From Brevundimonas sp. (GTDB lineage Bacteria; Pseudomonadota; Alphaproteobacteria; Caulobacterales; Caulobacteraceae), in assembly GCA_052436175.1 (NCBI GenBank), contig JBQVNM010000009.1: a stretch of 64,000 nt of DNA; one strand, 5' to 3'. The notes below the pieces were generated by a model, which searched no databases, was not told the origin of the DNA, and worked only from the letters and a program-made list of their open reading frames with translations. The translations under genes were made by a program, and so were the position numbers. Below, in pieces: positions 22,704 to 32,264 of the stretch (positions are counted from its first letter, which is position 1; every line of letters begins with the position of its first letter).

Positions 22704-25700
22704 TGATTTCAGACCTTTCCGTCCGCCGCCCGGTCTTTGCGGCGGTGGCGGCCATCGTGCTGTGCGTCATCGGGGCGGCGGCCTTCTTCTTCTTGCCGGT
22801 CCGCGAACTGCCGGACGTCGATCCGCCGGTGGTCTCGGTCAATACCACCTATGCCGGCGCCTCGGCCGAGGTCATCGAGAGCCGCATCACCGAGCCGGTG
22901 GAGCAACAGATCGCCGGCATCCAGGGCGTCGAGCGCATCACCTCGACCAGTCGCGACGGCCGCTCGAGCGTCAACATCGAGTTCTCGCTGGACCGCAACA
23001 TCGACGACGCCGCCAACGACGTGCGCGACCGGGTCAACCGCGTCGTCGGTCGTCTGCCGGACCAGGCCGACCCGCCGGAGGTGGCCAAGGCCGATTCCGA
23101 CAGCTCTCCGATCATCATCCTGTTCCTGCGGTCCACCTCGATGAACCGGCTGGAGCTGACCGACTACGCCGACCGCTATCTGGTCGACCGCCTCGCCACG
23201 GTCCCCGGTGTCGCCCAGGTCAACATCTTCGGCGAGCAACAGTATGCGATGCGGATCTGGCTGGACGCCGCCGCCATGGCCTCGCGCGGCCTGACGGTCA
23301 CCGACGTCGAGACCGCCCTGACGACCCAGAACGTCGAACTGCCCGCCGGCCAGCTGGAATCGGGCCAAAAGGATTACACCGTCCGCGTCGCCCGCACCTA
23401 TTCCCGGCCCGAGGACTTCCGCCAGCTGCCGATCGGCACGCGCGGCGCGGCCACCACCACCACGGCGACCCAGACCACCGGCGCGGCCACCGCCGCCGCC
23501 CTGCCCAGTGGGGCGTCCGGCGCCATCCAGGGCCGCACCGGCTATGTCACCCGCCTCGGCGACATCGCCCGGGTCGAGGAGGCGCCCGCGGAGGACCGCC
23601 GCCTGTTCCGCGGCAACGGTCTGGATCAGGTCGGTCTGGCCGTCACCCGTCAGGCCCAGTCCAACGACCTCGCCATCTCCGAAGGCGTGACCCAACTGGT
23701 GAAGGACGTCCAGTCCAGCCTGCCGCCCGGCGTGACGCTGGAGGTCGGGTCGGACAACTCGGTCTTCACCTCCCACGCCATCGACGAGGTCTGGATCACC
23801 ATCGGCATTTCCATGGCCCTGGTGGCCTTGGTCAACTTCATCTTCCTGGGCAGTCTTAGGGCCGCCCTGATCCCGTCGATCGTGGCGCCGATCTGCCTGC
23901 TGGCCACCTTCATCGTCCTGGCCCCTCTGGGCTTCTCGCTGAACCTCCTGACCCTGCTGGCCCTCGTCCTGGCCATCGGTCTGGTGGTGGATGACGCCAT
24001 CGTGGTGGTCGAGAACATCCAGCGTCGCCTCGACCATGGCGAACCGCCCCTGGTGGCCGCCGAGCGGGGCGCGCGTCAGGTCTTCTTCGCCGTCGTGGCC
24101 ACCACCATCGTCCTGCTGTCGGTCTTCGCGCCCCTGCTGTTCCTGCCCGGATACGTCGGCCGCCTGTTCGTCGAGCTGGCCGCCGCCATCGCCGCCGCCG
24201 TGGCCTTCTCGGCCTTCCTGGCCCTGACCCTTTCGCCGATGATGGCGTCCAAGATCCTCAAGCCGGCCCTGCACGGCGGCTGGCTCAATCGCCGGGTCGA
24301 CTGGGCGATGGACAAGCTCAAGTCTTCCTACGGAAACTCGCTCTCGGCCCTGTTGGGTCGCCGCGTGGCCCTGTTCGGCGTCATCGGCCTGATCGTCGTG
24401 GTCGCGGGCGGCGCCGCCGGCATGTTTCTGTCCCTACCCAATGAACTGGTCCCGGGCGAGGATCGCGGCCGGGTGCAGATCCGCGTCGCCGGGCCCGAGG
24501 GCGCCGGCTTCGACTACACGAAGAAGATCATGCTGGGGCTGGAGCCCATCCTTCAGGAGTATCGCGACAGCGGCGAGGCCGATTCCTACCTCGTCTCCTC
24601 GCCTGGCTTCGGCGGCGGCAGCTTCAACTCCGGCAACGCCAACATGATCCTGGCCGACTGGTCCAAGCGGGATCGCACCGCCGACGAGATCGCCCAGGAG
24701 ATCAACGGCAAGCTGCGCAACCAGACCGACGCCCAGGTCAACGCCTCGGTCCCCGGCGCCTTCCAGCGCGGCGGCGGCGGCGGCGGCGGATCGAACTCGG
24801 TCGAGATGATCGTCACCGGCGCCGAATACGCCGACATCTACAACTGGCTCCAGCCGGTTCTGGCGGCTTCGCTGGAAAATCCCGGCTTCTCGCGCCCGCG
24901 CCTGAACTATGAGCCGACCTCGCCGCGTCTGCTGGTCGATGTGGACCCGGAGAAGGCCGCCGGCCTCGGCGTCTCGTCCCAGGCCATCGGCCGCACGCTC
25001 GAGACCATGTTCGGCTCCCGTCGCGCCACCACCTACATCAAGGGCGGCCAGGAATACGACGTCATCCTCCAGACCGACCGCGACGAACGCCGCACGGTGG
25101 ACGACCTGGAAAGCCTCTATGTCGCCACCGGCTCGGGCCAGCTCGTGCCCCTGTCCTCTGTCGTCACCACCCAGACCTCCGGCGACACCCCCGACCGCCG
25201 TCGCCTCGACCGCCAGCGGTCGATCAGTCTCTCGGCCGATCTCAATCCCGGCTACACCCTGGACGACGGGGTCAAGTTCCTGACCGACGTCGCGGCCCAG
25301 CAGCAGCAGGGCGTCGTGGCCCTGCGCTGGGGCGGCGCCGCCCGCGACCAGCAGGAGGCCGGCGGCGCCGTGGTCGCGGCCTTCGGCCTGGCGCTCCTGC
25401 TCGTCTTCCTTGTCCTCGCCGCCCAGTTCGAGAGCTGGATCACGCCCGCCGTCATCATGCTGACGGTCCCGCTCGCGGCCGCCGGCGGCCTGTTCGGTCT
25501 GACCATGGCGGGGTCAAGCCTCAACCTCTACTCCCAGATCGGCCTCATCATCCTGATCGGTGTGGCGGCCAAGAACGGCATTCTGATCGTGGAGTTCGCC
25601 AACCAGTTGCGGGATCAGGGCCGGTCCATCACCGAGGCCATCATCGAAAGTTCGACGCTCCGTCTTCGCCCGATCATCATGACGTCCATCGCCACCGCCT

Positions 25701-25933
25701 TCGGCGCCCTGCCTCTGGTCCTGTGGCAGGGGGCGGGCGCCGGCAGCCGCCAGACCATCGGCGTGGTGATCTTCGCCGGGGCGATGTTCTCGACCCTGCT
25801 GACCCTGTACGTCGTGCCGGTGATCTACGGCGTCCTCGCCCGCTTCACCAAGTCGCCCGAATACACGGCCCGCAAGATCGAGGAGTGGGAGGCGCAGGAG
25901 ATCAGCGAGGGCCGGCCGAAGCTGGCGGACTGA
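22700..25933 (+). CDS. RND efflux permease (AcrB/AcrD/AcrF family)
   Basis: 1077 aa. 'SDLSVRRPVFAAVAAIVL...' at the N-terminus, 12-TM architecture and two large periplasmic loops. No outer-membrane factor gene is adjacent. Confidence 0.9.
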   Translation: MMISDLSVRRPVFAAVAAIVLCVIGAAAFFFLPVRELPDVDPPVVSVNTTYAGASAEVIESRITEPVEQQIAGIQGVERITSTSRDGRSSVNIEFSLDRNIDDAANDVRDRVNRVVGRLPDQADPPEVAKADSDSSPIIILFLRSTSMNRLELTDYADRYLVDRLATVPGVAQVNIFGEQQYAMRIWLDAAAMASRGLTVTDVETALTTQNVELPAGQLESGQKDYTVRVARTYSRPEDFRQLPIGTRGAATTTTATQTTGAATAAALPSGASGAIQGRTGYVTRLGDIARVEEAPAEDRRLFRGNGLDQVGLAVTRQAQSNDLAISEGVTQLVKDVQSSLPPGVTLEVGSDNSVFTSHAIDEVWITIGISMALVALVNFIFLGSLRAALIPSIVAPICLLATFIVLAPLGFSLNLLTLLALVLAIGLVVDDAIVVVENIQRRLDHGEPPLVAAERGARQVFFAVVATTIVLLSVFAPLLFLPGYVGRLFVELAAAIAAAVAFSAFLALTLSPMMASKILKPALHGGWLNRRVDWAMDKLKSSYGNSLSALLGRRVALFGVIGLIVVVAGGAAGMFLSLPNELVPGEDRGRVQIRVAGPEGAGFDYTKKIMLGLEPILQEYRDSGEADSYLVSSPGFGGGSFNSGNANMILADWSKRDRTADEIAQEINGKLRNQTDAQVNASVPGAFQRGGGGGGGSNSVEMIVTGAEYADIYNWLQPVLAASLENPGFSRPRLNYEPTSPRLLVDVDPEKAAGLGVSSQAIGRTLETMFGSRRATTYIKGGQEYDVILQTDRDERRTVDDLESLYVATGSGQLVPLSSVVTTQTSGDTPDRRRLDRQRSISLSADLNPGYTLDDGVKFLTDVAAQQQQGVVALRWGGAARDQQEAGGAVVAAFGLALLLVFLVLAAQFESWITPAVIMLTVPLAAAGGLFGLTMAGSSLNLYSQIGLIILIGVAAKNGILIVEFANQLRDQGRSITEAIIESSTLRLRPIIMTSIATAFGALPLVLWQGAGAGSRQTIGVVIFAGAMFSTLLTLYVVPVIYGVLARFTKSPEYTARKIEEWEAQEISEGRPKLAD

Positions 25934-26028
25934 CGGCCGGGGTCTGACGGGACCTGACGCCGCCGCTCCCGGGGCTTGGACGTTGCACGCGCGCGAGCGA
26001 TGCTGTGACGTCGGTCGGAGTCCGTGTC

Positions 26029-27072
26029 ATGAAGCTCGCTTTGGTCCTGTCCGCCCTAGCCGTGCTCGGCTCGGCCTCGGTCGCCCGGGCTTGGGTTCAG
26101 ACCCCGACCGAGATCGGCTCCGGCCAGACTGTCGAGGCCCGCATGGCTGCGACCGGCCGGACGGAGGCGGATTGCTTTCGGTTCAAGTCGCCGCGCGGCG
26201 CCATCCACGACGTCGTCGTCCGCTCGACCGCCTTCGACGTCCGGGCCTCGGTCGATTCGTCGTGCAGCGGCGCCGTCCAGAACCTTGACAACGCCGGTGG
26301 CAGGGACGAGCGGTTCGTCGGCTCCAGCCTGTTCAGCTGGGATCGGTTTATCCGGGTGGACGGAGGGGGCGCGGGCGGCGCCTATTCCGTTTCGCTCAAG
26401 GTCTATCCCGTGGACCCCTCGGTCTATGCGCCCCCGCCCGTTCCCTCCGCCATGGCGGGTTGGTCCGCCGATAGGATTTGGACGAGCCTTGACGCTCGCC
26501 TGGGTCAAACGGCGGATTTCAGCCTCCTCTCCGCGGAAGAGTCGCTCTGGTTCCGGTACCACATGGGCCTGAGCTCCGCCCAGAGAGCCGCCGGCATGAC
26601 GCGCTGGGTGGACGCCAACGTCCATTGGCCTCGACAGGCTGCCCAGCGTGCCTCGGCACCGCAGACTCCTGCGCCGGCTCCGGCCCCCTCCGTCGCCGCG
26701 GCCGTCGCTCCGCCCGCATCCGTAACGCCGCCCGCGCCGCGCCGCCTGGGCCGGTGCGTGTCCAGCGGCGTGTGCTATTACGCGGTGGTCGCCCACTTCA
26801 ACGACGAGTACGACCCCTACCAGCCCAGTTACGACGGCACACGGCTGAGCTGGGGCATACAGGTCAGCGACACGGCCGGTTCTCGCTTCACGGAGCCGTT
26901 CACGATCTGCGGCATCCAGGTCTACGCCCAGGCCAACCAGGCGGAACGCATCCGAGGCTATATGAAGCCGACGTCAGAGTCGTATGCGCGGCGTTTCAGC
27001 CTATCGCCCCATGACGGAGGTTTTCCTATCTGCGCCTGGTCGCCGCCCCGTTATACCGGGCCTAACCGCTGA
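26029..27072 (+). CDS. secreted hypothetical protein
   Basis: GGAG lies 8 nt upstream of the ATG at 26029. Signal peptide 'MKLALVLSALAVLGSASVARA'. Pro/Ala-rich linker and a Cys-containing C-terminal domain. No family recognised. Confidence 0.5.
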   Translation: MKLALVLSALAVLGSASVARAWVQTPTEIGSGQTVEARMAATGRTEADCFRFKSPRGAIHDVVVRSTAFDVRASVDSSCSGAVQNLDNAGGRDERFVGSSLFSWDRFIRVDGGGAGGAYSVSLKVYPVDPSVYAPPPVPSAMAGWSADRIWTSLDARLGQTADFSLLSAEESLWFRYHMGLSSAQRAAGMTRWVDANVHWPRQAAQRASAPQTPAPAPAPSVAAAVAPPASVTPPAPRRLGRCVSSGVCYYAVVAHFNDEYDPYQPSYDGTRLSWGIQVSDTAGSRFTEPFTICGIQVYAQANQAERIRGYMKPTSESYARRFSLSPHDGGFPICAWSPPRYTGPNR

Positions 27073-27163
27073 CGCTCCGGCGTCGGCAGGCTTCCACGCC
27101 CCAGGCATCGCGCAGTCTGACGACCACCGTTGGAGGTGGATGGGGCCGGTCGAGCCTTCAAGA

Positions 27164-27979
27164 TCAGACCGTCCTGGCGCTGCGGTCCCCGGCGAACTCC
27201 CAGGGGCCTGTGTGTTGCAGACGGCTCTGCAGGTCCAGCCAGACCTCGCCGCCGATGTCGCGCCAGCGGCGGCAGAAGGTGTAGTCCTCGCTCAGATACT
27301 CGCGCGTCTCCGGGTCGATCATGCAGTCGAACAGGGCGTAGAGGTTCGGGCTTTCGCTGGGTTCGCTGCGGTCATGGGCGGCGCTGAACCGGGTCTCGGG
27401 ATAGGCCTCGATCATCCGCTCCAGGGCGTCACGACGGATCAGCATGAAGCCGGTGCCCGCATATTCCGCCGTGGCGAACCCATTGTCGCCTTCACCCGCG
27501 TGCAGGGGCGTCCCGACATAGCGCAGGGTCGCGGTGGCCAAGGGCTCGCCGGACAGCACATGATCGGCGACCTCCGGCCCGGAATGGAAGATCTTCAGCG
27601 GATAGGAGCCGGCCGTCACCGGTTTGTCGTGACGGATGAGCCGCACGACCTCCTCGGGCGAGAAGCCGATGTCGGCGTCGATGAACATCAGATGGGTCGC
27701 GTCGCTGTCGAGGAACATCGACACCAGGGTGTTGCGCGCCCGCGTGATGAGGGAATCGTTCCCCAGCAACTGCACCGACACCCTCGATCCGTCGTTCTGG
27801 GCCGCCAGGAGCAGGGCGCAGATCGACTGCATGTAGCGCTGATAGACCATCCCCCCGTAACAGGGCGTGGCGATGAACAGGTGCAGCGGCTCGCGGTCCA
27901 AATCAGTATCCCCCTGATCGATTGACGACGGGGATGTTTCAACGGCGTTTGTGTCGGGAGCGGCGCCCGAGTGTTTCAC
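27164..27979 (-). CDS. putative GT-A fold glycosyltransferase
   Basis: 'LFIATPCYGGMVY...SLITRARNTLVSMFL...THLMFIDADIGFSPE...GSYPLK...SEDYTFCRRW' resembles a nucleotide-sugar transferase with a DxD-like 'DAD'. The assignment is from memory and unverified. Confidence 0.45.
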   Translation of the reverse strand: MKHSGAAPDTNAVETSPSSIDQGDTDLDREPLHLFIATPCYGGMVYQRYMQSICALLLAAQNDGSRVSVQLLGNDSLITRARNTLVSMFLDSDATHLMFIDADIGFSPEEVVRLIRHDKPVTAGSYPLKIFHSGPEVADHVLSGEPLATATLRYVGTPLHAGEGDNGFATAEYAGTGFMLIRRDALERMIEAYPETRFSAAHDRSEPSESPNLYALFDCMIDPETREYLSEDYTFCRRWRDIGGEVWLDLQSRLQHTGPWEFAGDRSARTV

Positions 27980-28121
27980 CGCCGACGCAAGCCGGCCCGA
28001 TGGGTTTCAATTCCGAAATCCGATGGCGTCGATCGCAGCCGCCCCCGCAACCTCGGCCGTCGCACGGCGTTACCCGGTCGACAGGATTAGCCACACGCGG
28101 CGGAATCCACGGAGACACCCC

Positions 28122-29036
28122 ATGACATCGATCAAGACCTTCACCGCCGTTGCGGCCGGCGCCCTCGTCCTCGCGGTCGGGGGGATGACCCAGGCCCAGA
28201 CGCCCTACGGGCAAACCCAGCAGCCCTATGGCCAGACCCAGCCCTCGGGCCAGGAGGTCTTCGGCCAGATCCTGCAGAACCTGCTCGGCGGCCAGACCAC
28301 GGGGACCGTCGACGCCGAATGGAGCCGCGGTCGTCGCGCCTTGGCCGCGCAACAGGCGACCTTCAACACCCGCCTGACGGCCCAGGTGCGTTCGGGCGCT
28401 CTCCAGCAGTATTCGGCGGACCGCATCCGCTCCGACTATGACGCCCTGGTCCAGCTCGAGGCCCGCTATGGCCAGGACGGCCGCTTCACCACCCAGGAAC
28501 GCCAGGACCTGACCGCCCGGTACGAGGCCCTGACCACGGCTCTGGAGGATGGCGGCTATGGCGATGACCTCGGCGGCTACCAGTCCGTCGCGGCCGGCCG
28601 CGCGGAGTTCGAGGCGCGCATCGACGCCGCCGTCCGCGCCCGCACACTGACCCGCACCGACGCCACCCGCCTGCGCGCCGACTACGCGGCCCTGAGCCGG
28701 ACCGAGGCTGAATACTTCATCGATGGTCTGACCGCCCGTGAGCGTCAGGACATCGAGACCCGTCTGGATGCTCTGGACGCCCGCATCGGCGACACCGGCT
28801 ATGGCAATGGCGGCGGCTCCGCGACCCGCACGCCCGAGGCGCGCCTTGACGCCATCGCCCGCGCTCTGCCGTCCAGCGGCCTGGGCGCCACGGCCCAGGC
28901 CCAGTTGCGCGTCGAGCATGAGGACCTGACCCGCCTCGCCGCCGCCTATGCGCGCTTCAACGCCTCGGCCGACGATCGCGCCTATCTGGACCGCCGCCTA
29001 GCCGATCTGGAAACCCGCGCCCGCGTGCGCCGCTGA
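28122..29036 (+). CDS. secreted/periplasmic repeat protein (hypothetical)
   Basis: GGAG lies 7 nt upstream of the ATG at 28122. Signal peptide 'FTAVAAGALVLAVGGMTQAQ'. Two clear and one degenerate internal repeat of about 50 aa (R-x-R-x-DY-x-AL...ERQD...GYG). Confidence 0.55.
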   Translation: MTSIKTFTAVAAGALVLAVGGMTQAQTPYGQTQQPYGQTQPSGQEVFGQILQNLLGGQTTGTVDAEWSRGRRALAAQQATFNTRLTAQVRSGALQQYSADRIRSDYDALVQLEARYGQDGRFTTQERQDLTARYEALTTALEDGGYGDDLGGYQSVAAGRAEFEARIDAAVRARTLTRTDATRLRADYAALSRTEAEYFIDGLTARERQDIETRLDALDARIGDTGYGNGGGSATRTPEARLDAIARALPSSGLGATAQAQLRVEHEDLTRLAAAYARFNASADDRAYLDRRLADLETRARVRR

Positions 29037-29060
29037 TCCTCAAGCCGGGTCGGGCTGGAG

Positions 29061-29615
29061 CTAGATCAGCAGGGCGCCTTCGTGGCGCAGCAGCCAGGTC
29101 TTGCGCTCCAGCCCGCCGCCGAAGCCGGTCATGGAGCCGTCGGCGCCCACGACCCGGTGGCAGGCCAGCACCAGGGCGATCGGGTTGCGGTTCAGCGCCG
29201 CGCCCGCCGCTTGGGCCGCGCTGGCGTGGAGCCCATCCGCCTCGCCGACCCGTCGCGCCATCTCGCCATATTAGATCGTCCGCCCGGGCGGCACTTCGGT
29301 CAGGGCCCGCCAGACCCGGGCCTGGAATCCGCCTGACGACCGCGCCCCGTCCAGCGACCAGCCGATCCGCTCCAGCGCCGTCCGGTCGCCGTCGAAGTAG
29401 TCGCGCGCCGCCGCCACGACCGCCTTCGGCGCCGCCCCCCGTTCCAGCGCCGCCGACGGATACTCACGCCGCATCGCCCGCGTCAGCCCGCCTGCGACCT
29501 CGCTGTCGAAGCCCAGCCCCCGCAGCCGCCCCTGCGCATCAAACGCCAGATCCAGCGGCCCGATCGGGCTGTCGATGCGATCTAGGATCAGTCGGTCGGG
29601 CGGGGCGGCGGCCAT
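29061..29615 (-). pseudogene. ogt: methylated-DNA--protein-cysteine methyltransferase (ogt) interrupted by one in-frame TAA
   Basis: ORFs 29271-29615 and 29061-29261 are in the same frame. The read-through sequence is '[27 protein letters not shown]...[37 protein letters not shown]', which fits the Ogt pattern FQ..VW..L..IP.G.T.SYGE...PCHRV. Confidence 0.8.
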
Positions 29616-29672
29616 GGCCCCAGAATGCCGCGATCGCCCGTCCTCGTCTCGCGGTTTTCGGACGGGTTTCGC

Positions 29673-30449
29673 TCAGCTCATCCAGCCGTTCATCTTCCCG
29701 TAGTCGAGGGCCTCGTCCGACAGGGGCGTCGAGCGGCCGTCCGTCAGGAAGGCTCTCGTCACGGCCGCCGCCCGGCCGAGCGTGGCCTGCGCCAAGCCGG
29801 ACCCGGCGCTCAACCGACGCACGCCAAGGGCCTCCAGAGTTGTGGCGTCCGGCAAGGTCGGCCGCGCCATCAGGTTCAGGGGCAGGGGCGTCGCGGCGAC
29901 CATATGCGCGATGTCGTCGGTGTCGGTCAGGCCTGGAGCGAAGAACCCGTCGGCCCCCGCGTCGGCGTAGAGCCCGGCCCGACGCGCGGCCTCCGCCACG
30001 GGCGCGTCCGGGGCCAGCCCTCTCAGCCAGACGTCGCAGCGGGCGTTGATGAACAGGGCGTCGCCGACGGCCGCCCGGATCGCCGCGATCTTGGTGCCCA
30101 GCGCCTCAGGTGTTCCGCCGCCGTCCTCGATATTGATCCCCTGCGCCCCCGCCTCGACCAGCCGCGTCGCCAGGGCCGCGATCTCGGCCGGATCGTCGGA
30201 ATAGCCGCCTTCCATGTCGATGCTGACCGGCAGGCCGCGCGCCGCCCGCACGATGTCGGCCGCCGCCTGCACCAGCCGATCCACCGGCAGGACGTCCCCG
30301 TCCGGCCAGCCAAGGGCCCAGGCCACGCCCGCGCTCGTCGTCGCCAGGGCCCGGGCGCCGGCCTCGCGCACGATGGCCGCGCTTCCTCCATCCCAGACAT
30401 TGGGCAGGATCAGCAGGCCGGATTGATGCAGGGCGTGGAACGGGGTCAT
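29673..30449 (-). CDS. isocitrate lyase/PEP mutase family protein
   Basis: AAGGAG lies upstream of the ATG at 30449. 'LLILPNVWDGGSAAIVREAGARALATTSAG...PVSIDMEGGY...GAQGINIEDG'. Confidence 0.75.
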   Translation of the reverse strand: MTPFHALHQSGLLILPNVWDGGSAAIVREAGARALATTSAGVAWALGWPDGDVLPVDRLVQAAADIVRAARGLPVSIDMEGGYSDDPAEIAALATRLVEAGAQGINIEDGGGTPEALGTKIAAIRAAVGDALFINARCDVWLRGLAPDAPVAEAARRAGLYADAGADGFFAPGLTDTDDIAHMVAATPLPLNLMARPTLPDATTLEALGVRRLSAGSGLAQATLGRAAAVTRAFLTDGRSTPLSDEALDYGKMNGWMS

Positions 30450-30628
30450 GGCGATCTCCTTGCGCCCATTCCACCCCATCCCGGCGTCGCGGTCCGGCGG
30501 AATTCGGACAGGGTCAGTCCGGAGGGCGACTTGCAACCCTGCGCCCCCGATGGGGTTGTGCCGTCATGGGCGCGGCGTAGGGTCGGGCCGGCCGCGACCG
30601 GCGGCGTCAATCGAGAGGCGGTTCCACG

Positions 30629-31465
30629 ATGTCTCGTTTTCGCACCTTCATCCTGACCGGCGCCCTGGCGCTCGCTGCCACGGTTTCGGCCGTCGCCGTC
30701 GCCCAGGAACGCTCCAGCCCCCCGCGACCGGGCGGACAGCTTCCGTCGGGCAGCTATCAGCAGACCTGTCGCGGCGCGAACATGAACGGCAATATTCTCA
30801 GCGCCCAATGCACGAACAACCGCGGCGCCCCGGTCTTCTCCTCGATCGATACCAACGGCTGTCGCGGGCGGGACATCTTCAACGACAACGGCTACCTGCG
30901 CTGCGGCGCGGGCGGCGGCGGTGGCCCGCAGCCCCCGATTCCGCCCCGGCCGACGATCCCGGCGGGCAGCTATCAGCAGTCCTGTCGCGGCGCCTCCATG
31001 CGGGGCAATATCCTGACCGCCCAGTGCACCAATCGTCAGGGTCGGCCGGTCTCTTCGAGCCTGGACGTCAACAGCTGCCGGGGCCGCGACATCTACAATG
31101 ACAACGGCTACCTGCGTTGCAACGCCGGGGGGCCGGGCGGCGGCGGCTGGAACCCCGGCGGTCCGGGCGGTCCGGGCGGCCCGGGAAATGGCGGCGGCGT
31201 CCAGCCTCCGACCGGCGGCAACTATGAGGCCATCCTCTACACCAGCGCCAACTATGGCGGTCGGTCGCTGCGCGTGCGGGGCGCCGCGCCCAACCTGGCC
31301 TGGTATCCGGGCTTCAACGACAATGTCCGCTCGATCCGCATCGTGCGCGGCCGGGCCCAGGTCTGCGTCGACGCCAACTTCCGGGGCGCCTGCCAGACCC
31401 TGAGCCGTTCGGTCTCCGACCTGAACCGCATCGGCATGGGCAACCGCATCTCCTCGGTGCGATGA
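30629..31465 (+). CDS. secreted protein with two cyanovirin-N-like (CVNH) repeats and a C-terminal beta/gamma-crystallin domain
   Basis: Signal peptide 'FILTGALALAATVSAVAVAQ'. Repeats: 'GSYQQTCRGANMNGNILSAQCTNNRGAPVFSSIDTNGC..IFNDNGYLRC' and 'GSYQQSCRGASMRGNILTAQCTNRQGRPVSSSLDVNSC..IYNDNGYLRC'. Greek-key motifs: 'LYTSANYGG...NDNVRSIRI' and 'VDANFRGA...GNRISSVR'. Confidence 0.6.
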   Translation: MSRFRTFILTGALALAATVSAVAVAQERSSPPRPGGQLPSGSYQQTCRGANMNGNILSAQCTNNRGAPVFSSIDTNGCRGRDIFNDNGYLRCGAGGGGGPQPPIPPRPTIPAGSYQQSCRGASMRGNILTAQCTNRQGRPVSSSLDVNSCRGRDIYNDNGYLRCNAGGPGGGGWNPGGPGGPGGPGNGGGVQPPTGGNYEAILYTSANYGGRSLRVRGAAPNLAWYPGFNDNVRSIRIVRGRAQVCVDANFRGACQTLSRSVSDLNRIGMGNRISSVR

Positions 31466-31523
31466 AGCCAGGCGGGGAGGGCGTTCGCGTCCTCCCCGAC
31501 CGCCTCACCGACAGAAGGCCCTC

Positions 31524-32264
31524 CTAACGACAGAAGGCTTGGCCCGGCTCCAGATGCAGGTGGTCGCGGTGCTCGGCGTTATACTCGGGCGAGAGCACCG
31601 TGCCGAACACCCGGCATCCCTCGTCCCGGATCCGCTTCAGGAACTCGCCCTCCGCCCCGCCGTCGTTCCAGTCGGCCAGCACCGTGATCCGCCGCCCGTC
31701 GCGGAGTCTGACGCCCGCGAAATCGAACGCCGCCGCCCGCGAATGGGCGCTGGGCCGCGCCCCCGCCCGGTTGTTCACCGGCCGACAGGCGTAGGTCCCC
31801 ATGTGGTCGATCTGGATCACGTCGGCGCCCAGCACCTCCCGCGCCGCCGGCTCGACCACCTGCCGTCGCCAGACGCTCAGGGCCAGGGCCAGTTCGCAGG
31901 TCGCGGTGGGCTCCGCCGGCGTCAGTCGCGCGATCGTGCCCATGTCGGGCCCGATGACGCCCGCGTTCTGCAAGAAACAGGTCTCGCTGTTCACCCGGTC
32001 CGCCGAGGGCACATAGTTGATCCGCGCCGACTGAAGCTCGGCGACGCACTGCTGCGGGTCCGCCGCCGTCCGCGTGATCCGGTCGCGCGTCGAACCGTCC
32101 ACGGGCCGATCCACCAGCCCGCTGCCCATCGGTGTCTGCGCCGGCTGATAGGGCCTCGGCCCCGTCTGCGTCGGCTCCCTATACGGGGACCTGGACGCAT
32201 CCGGTATCAACCGCCCGCAGCCCGCCAGCAGCATCACCCCGATCACGACCCAGATTCGTTTCAT
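31524..32264 (-). CDS. extensin-like C-terminal domain lipoprotein
   Basis: Lipobox 'LLAGC'. The C-terminal 'HSRAAAFDFAGVRL..G..ITVL.DW...FL..IRDEGC..FGTVLSPEYNAEHRDHLHLE' is typical of the bacterial extensin-like family. Confidence 0.7.
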   Translation of the reverse strand: MKRIWVVIGVMLLAGCGRLIPDASRSPYREPTQTGPRPYQPAQTPMGSGLVDRPVDGSTRDRITRTAADPQQCVAELQSARINYVPSADRVNSETCFLQNAGVIGPDMGTIARLTPAEPTATCELALALSVWRRQVVEPAAREVLGADVIQIDHMGTYACRPVNNRAGARPSAHSRAAAFDFAGVRLRDGRRITVLADWNDGGAEGEFLKRIRDEGCRVFGTVLSPEYNAEHRDHLHLEPGQAFCR

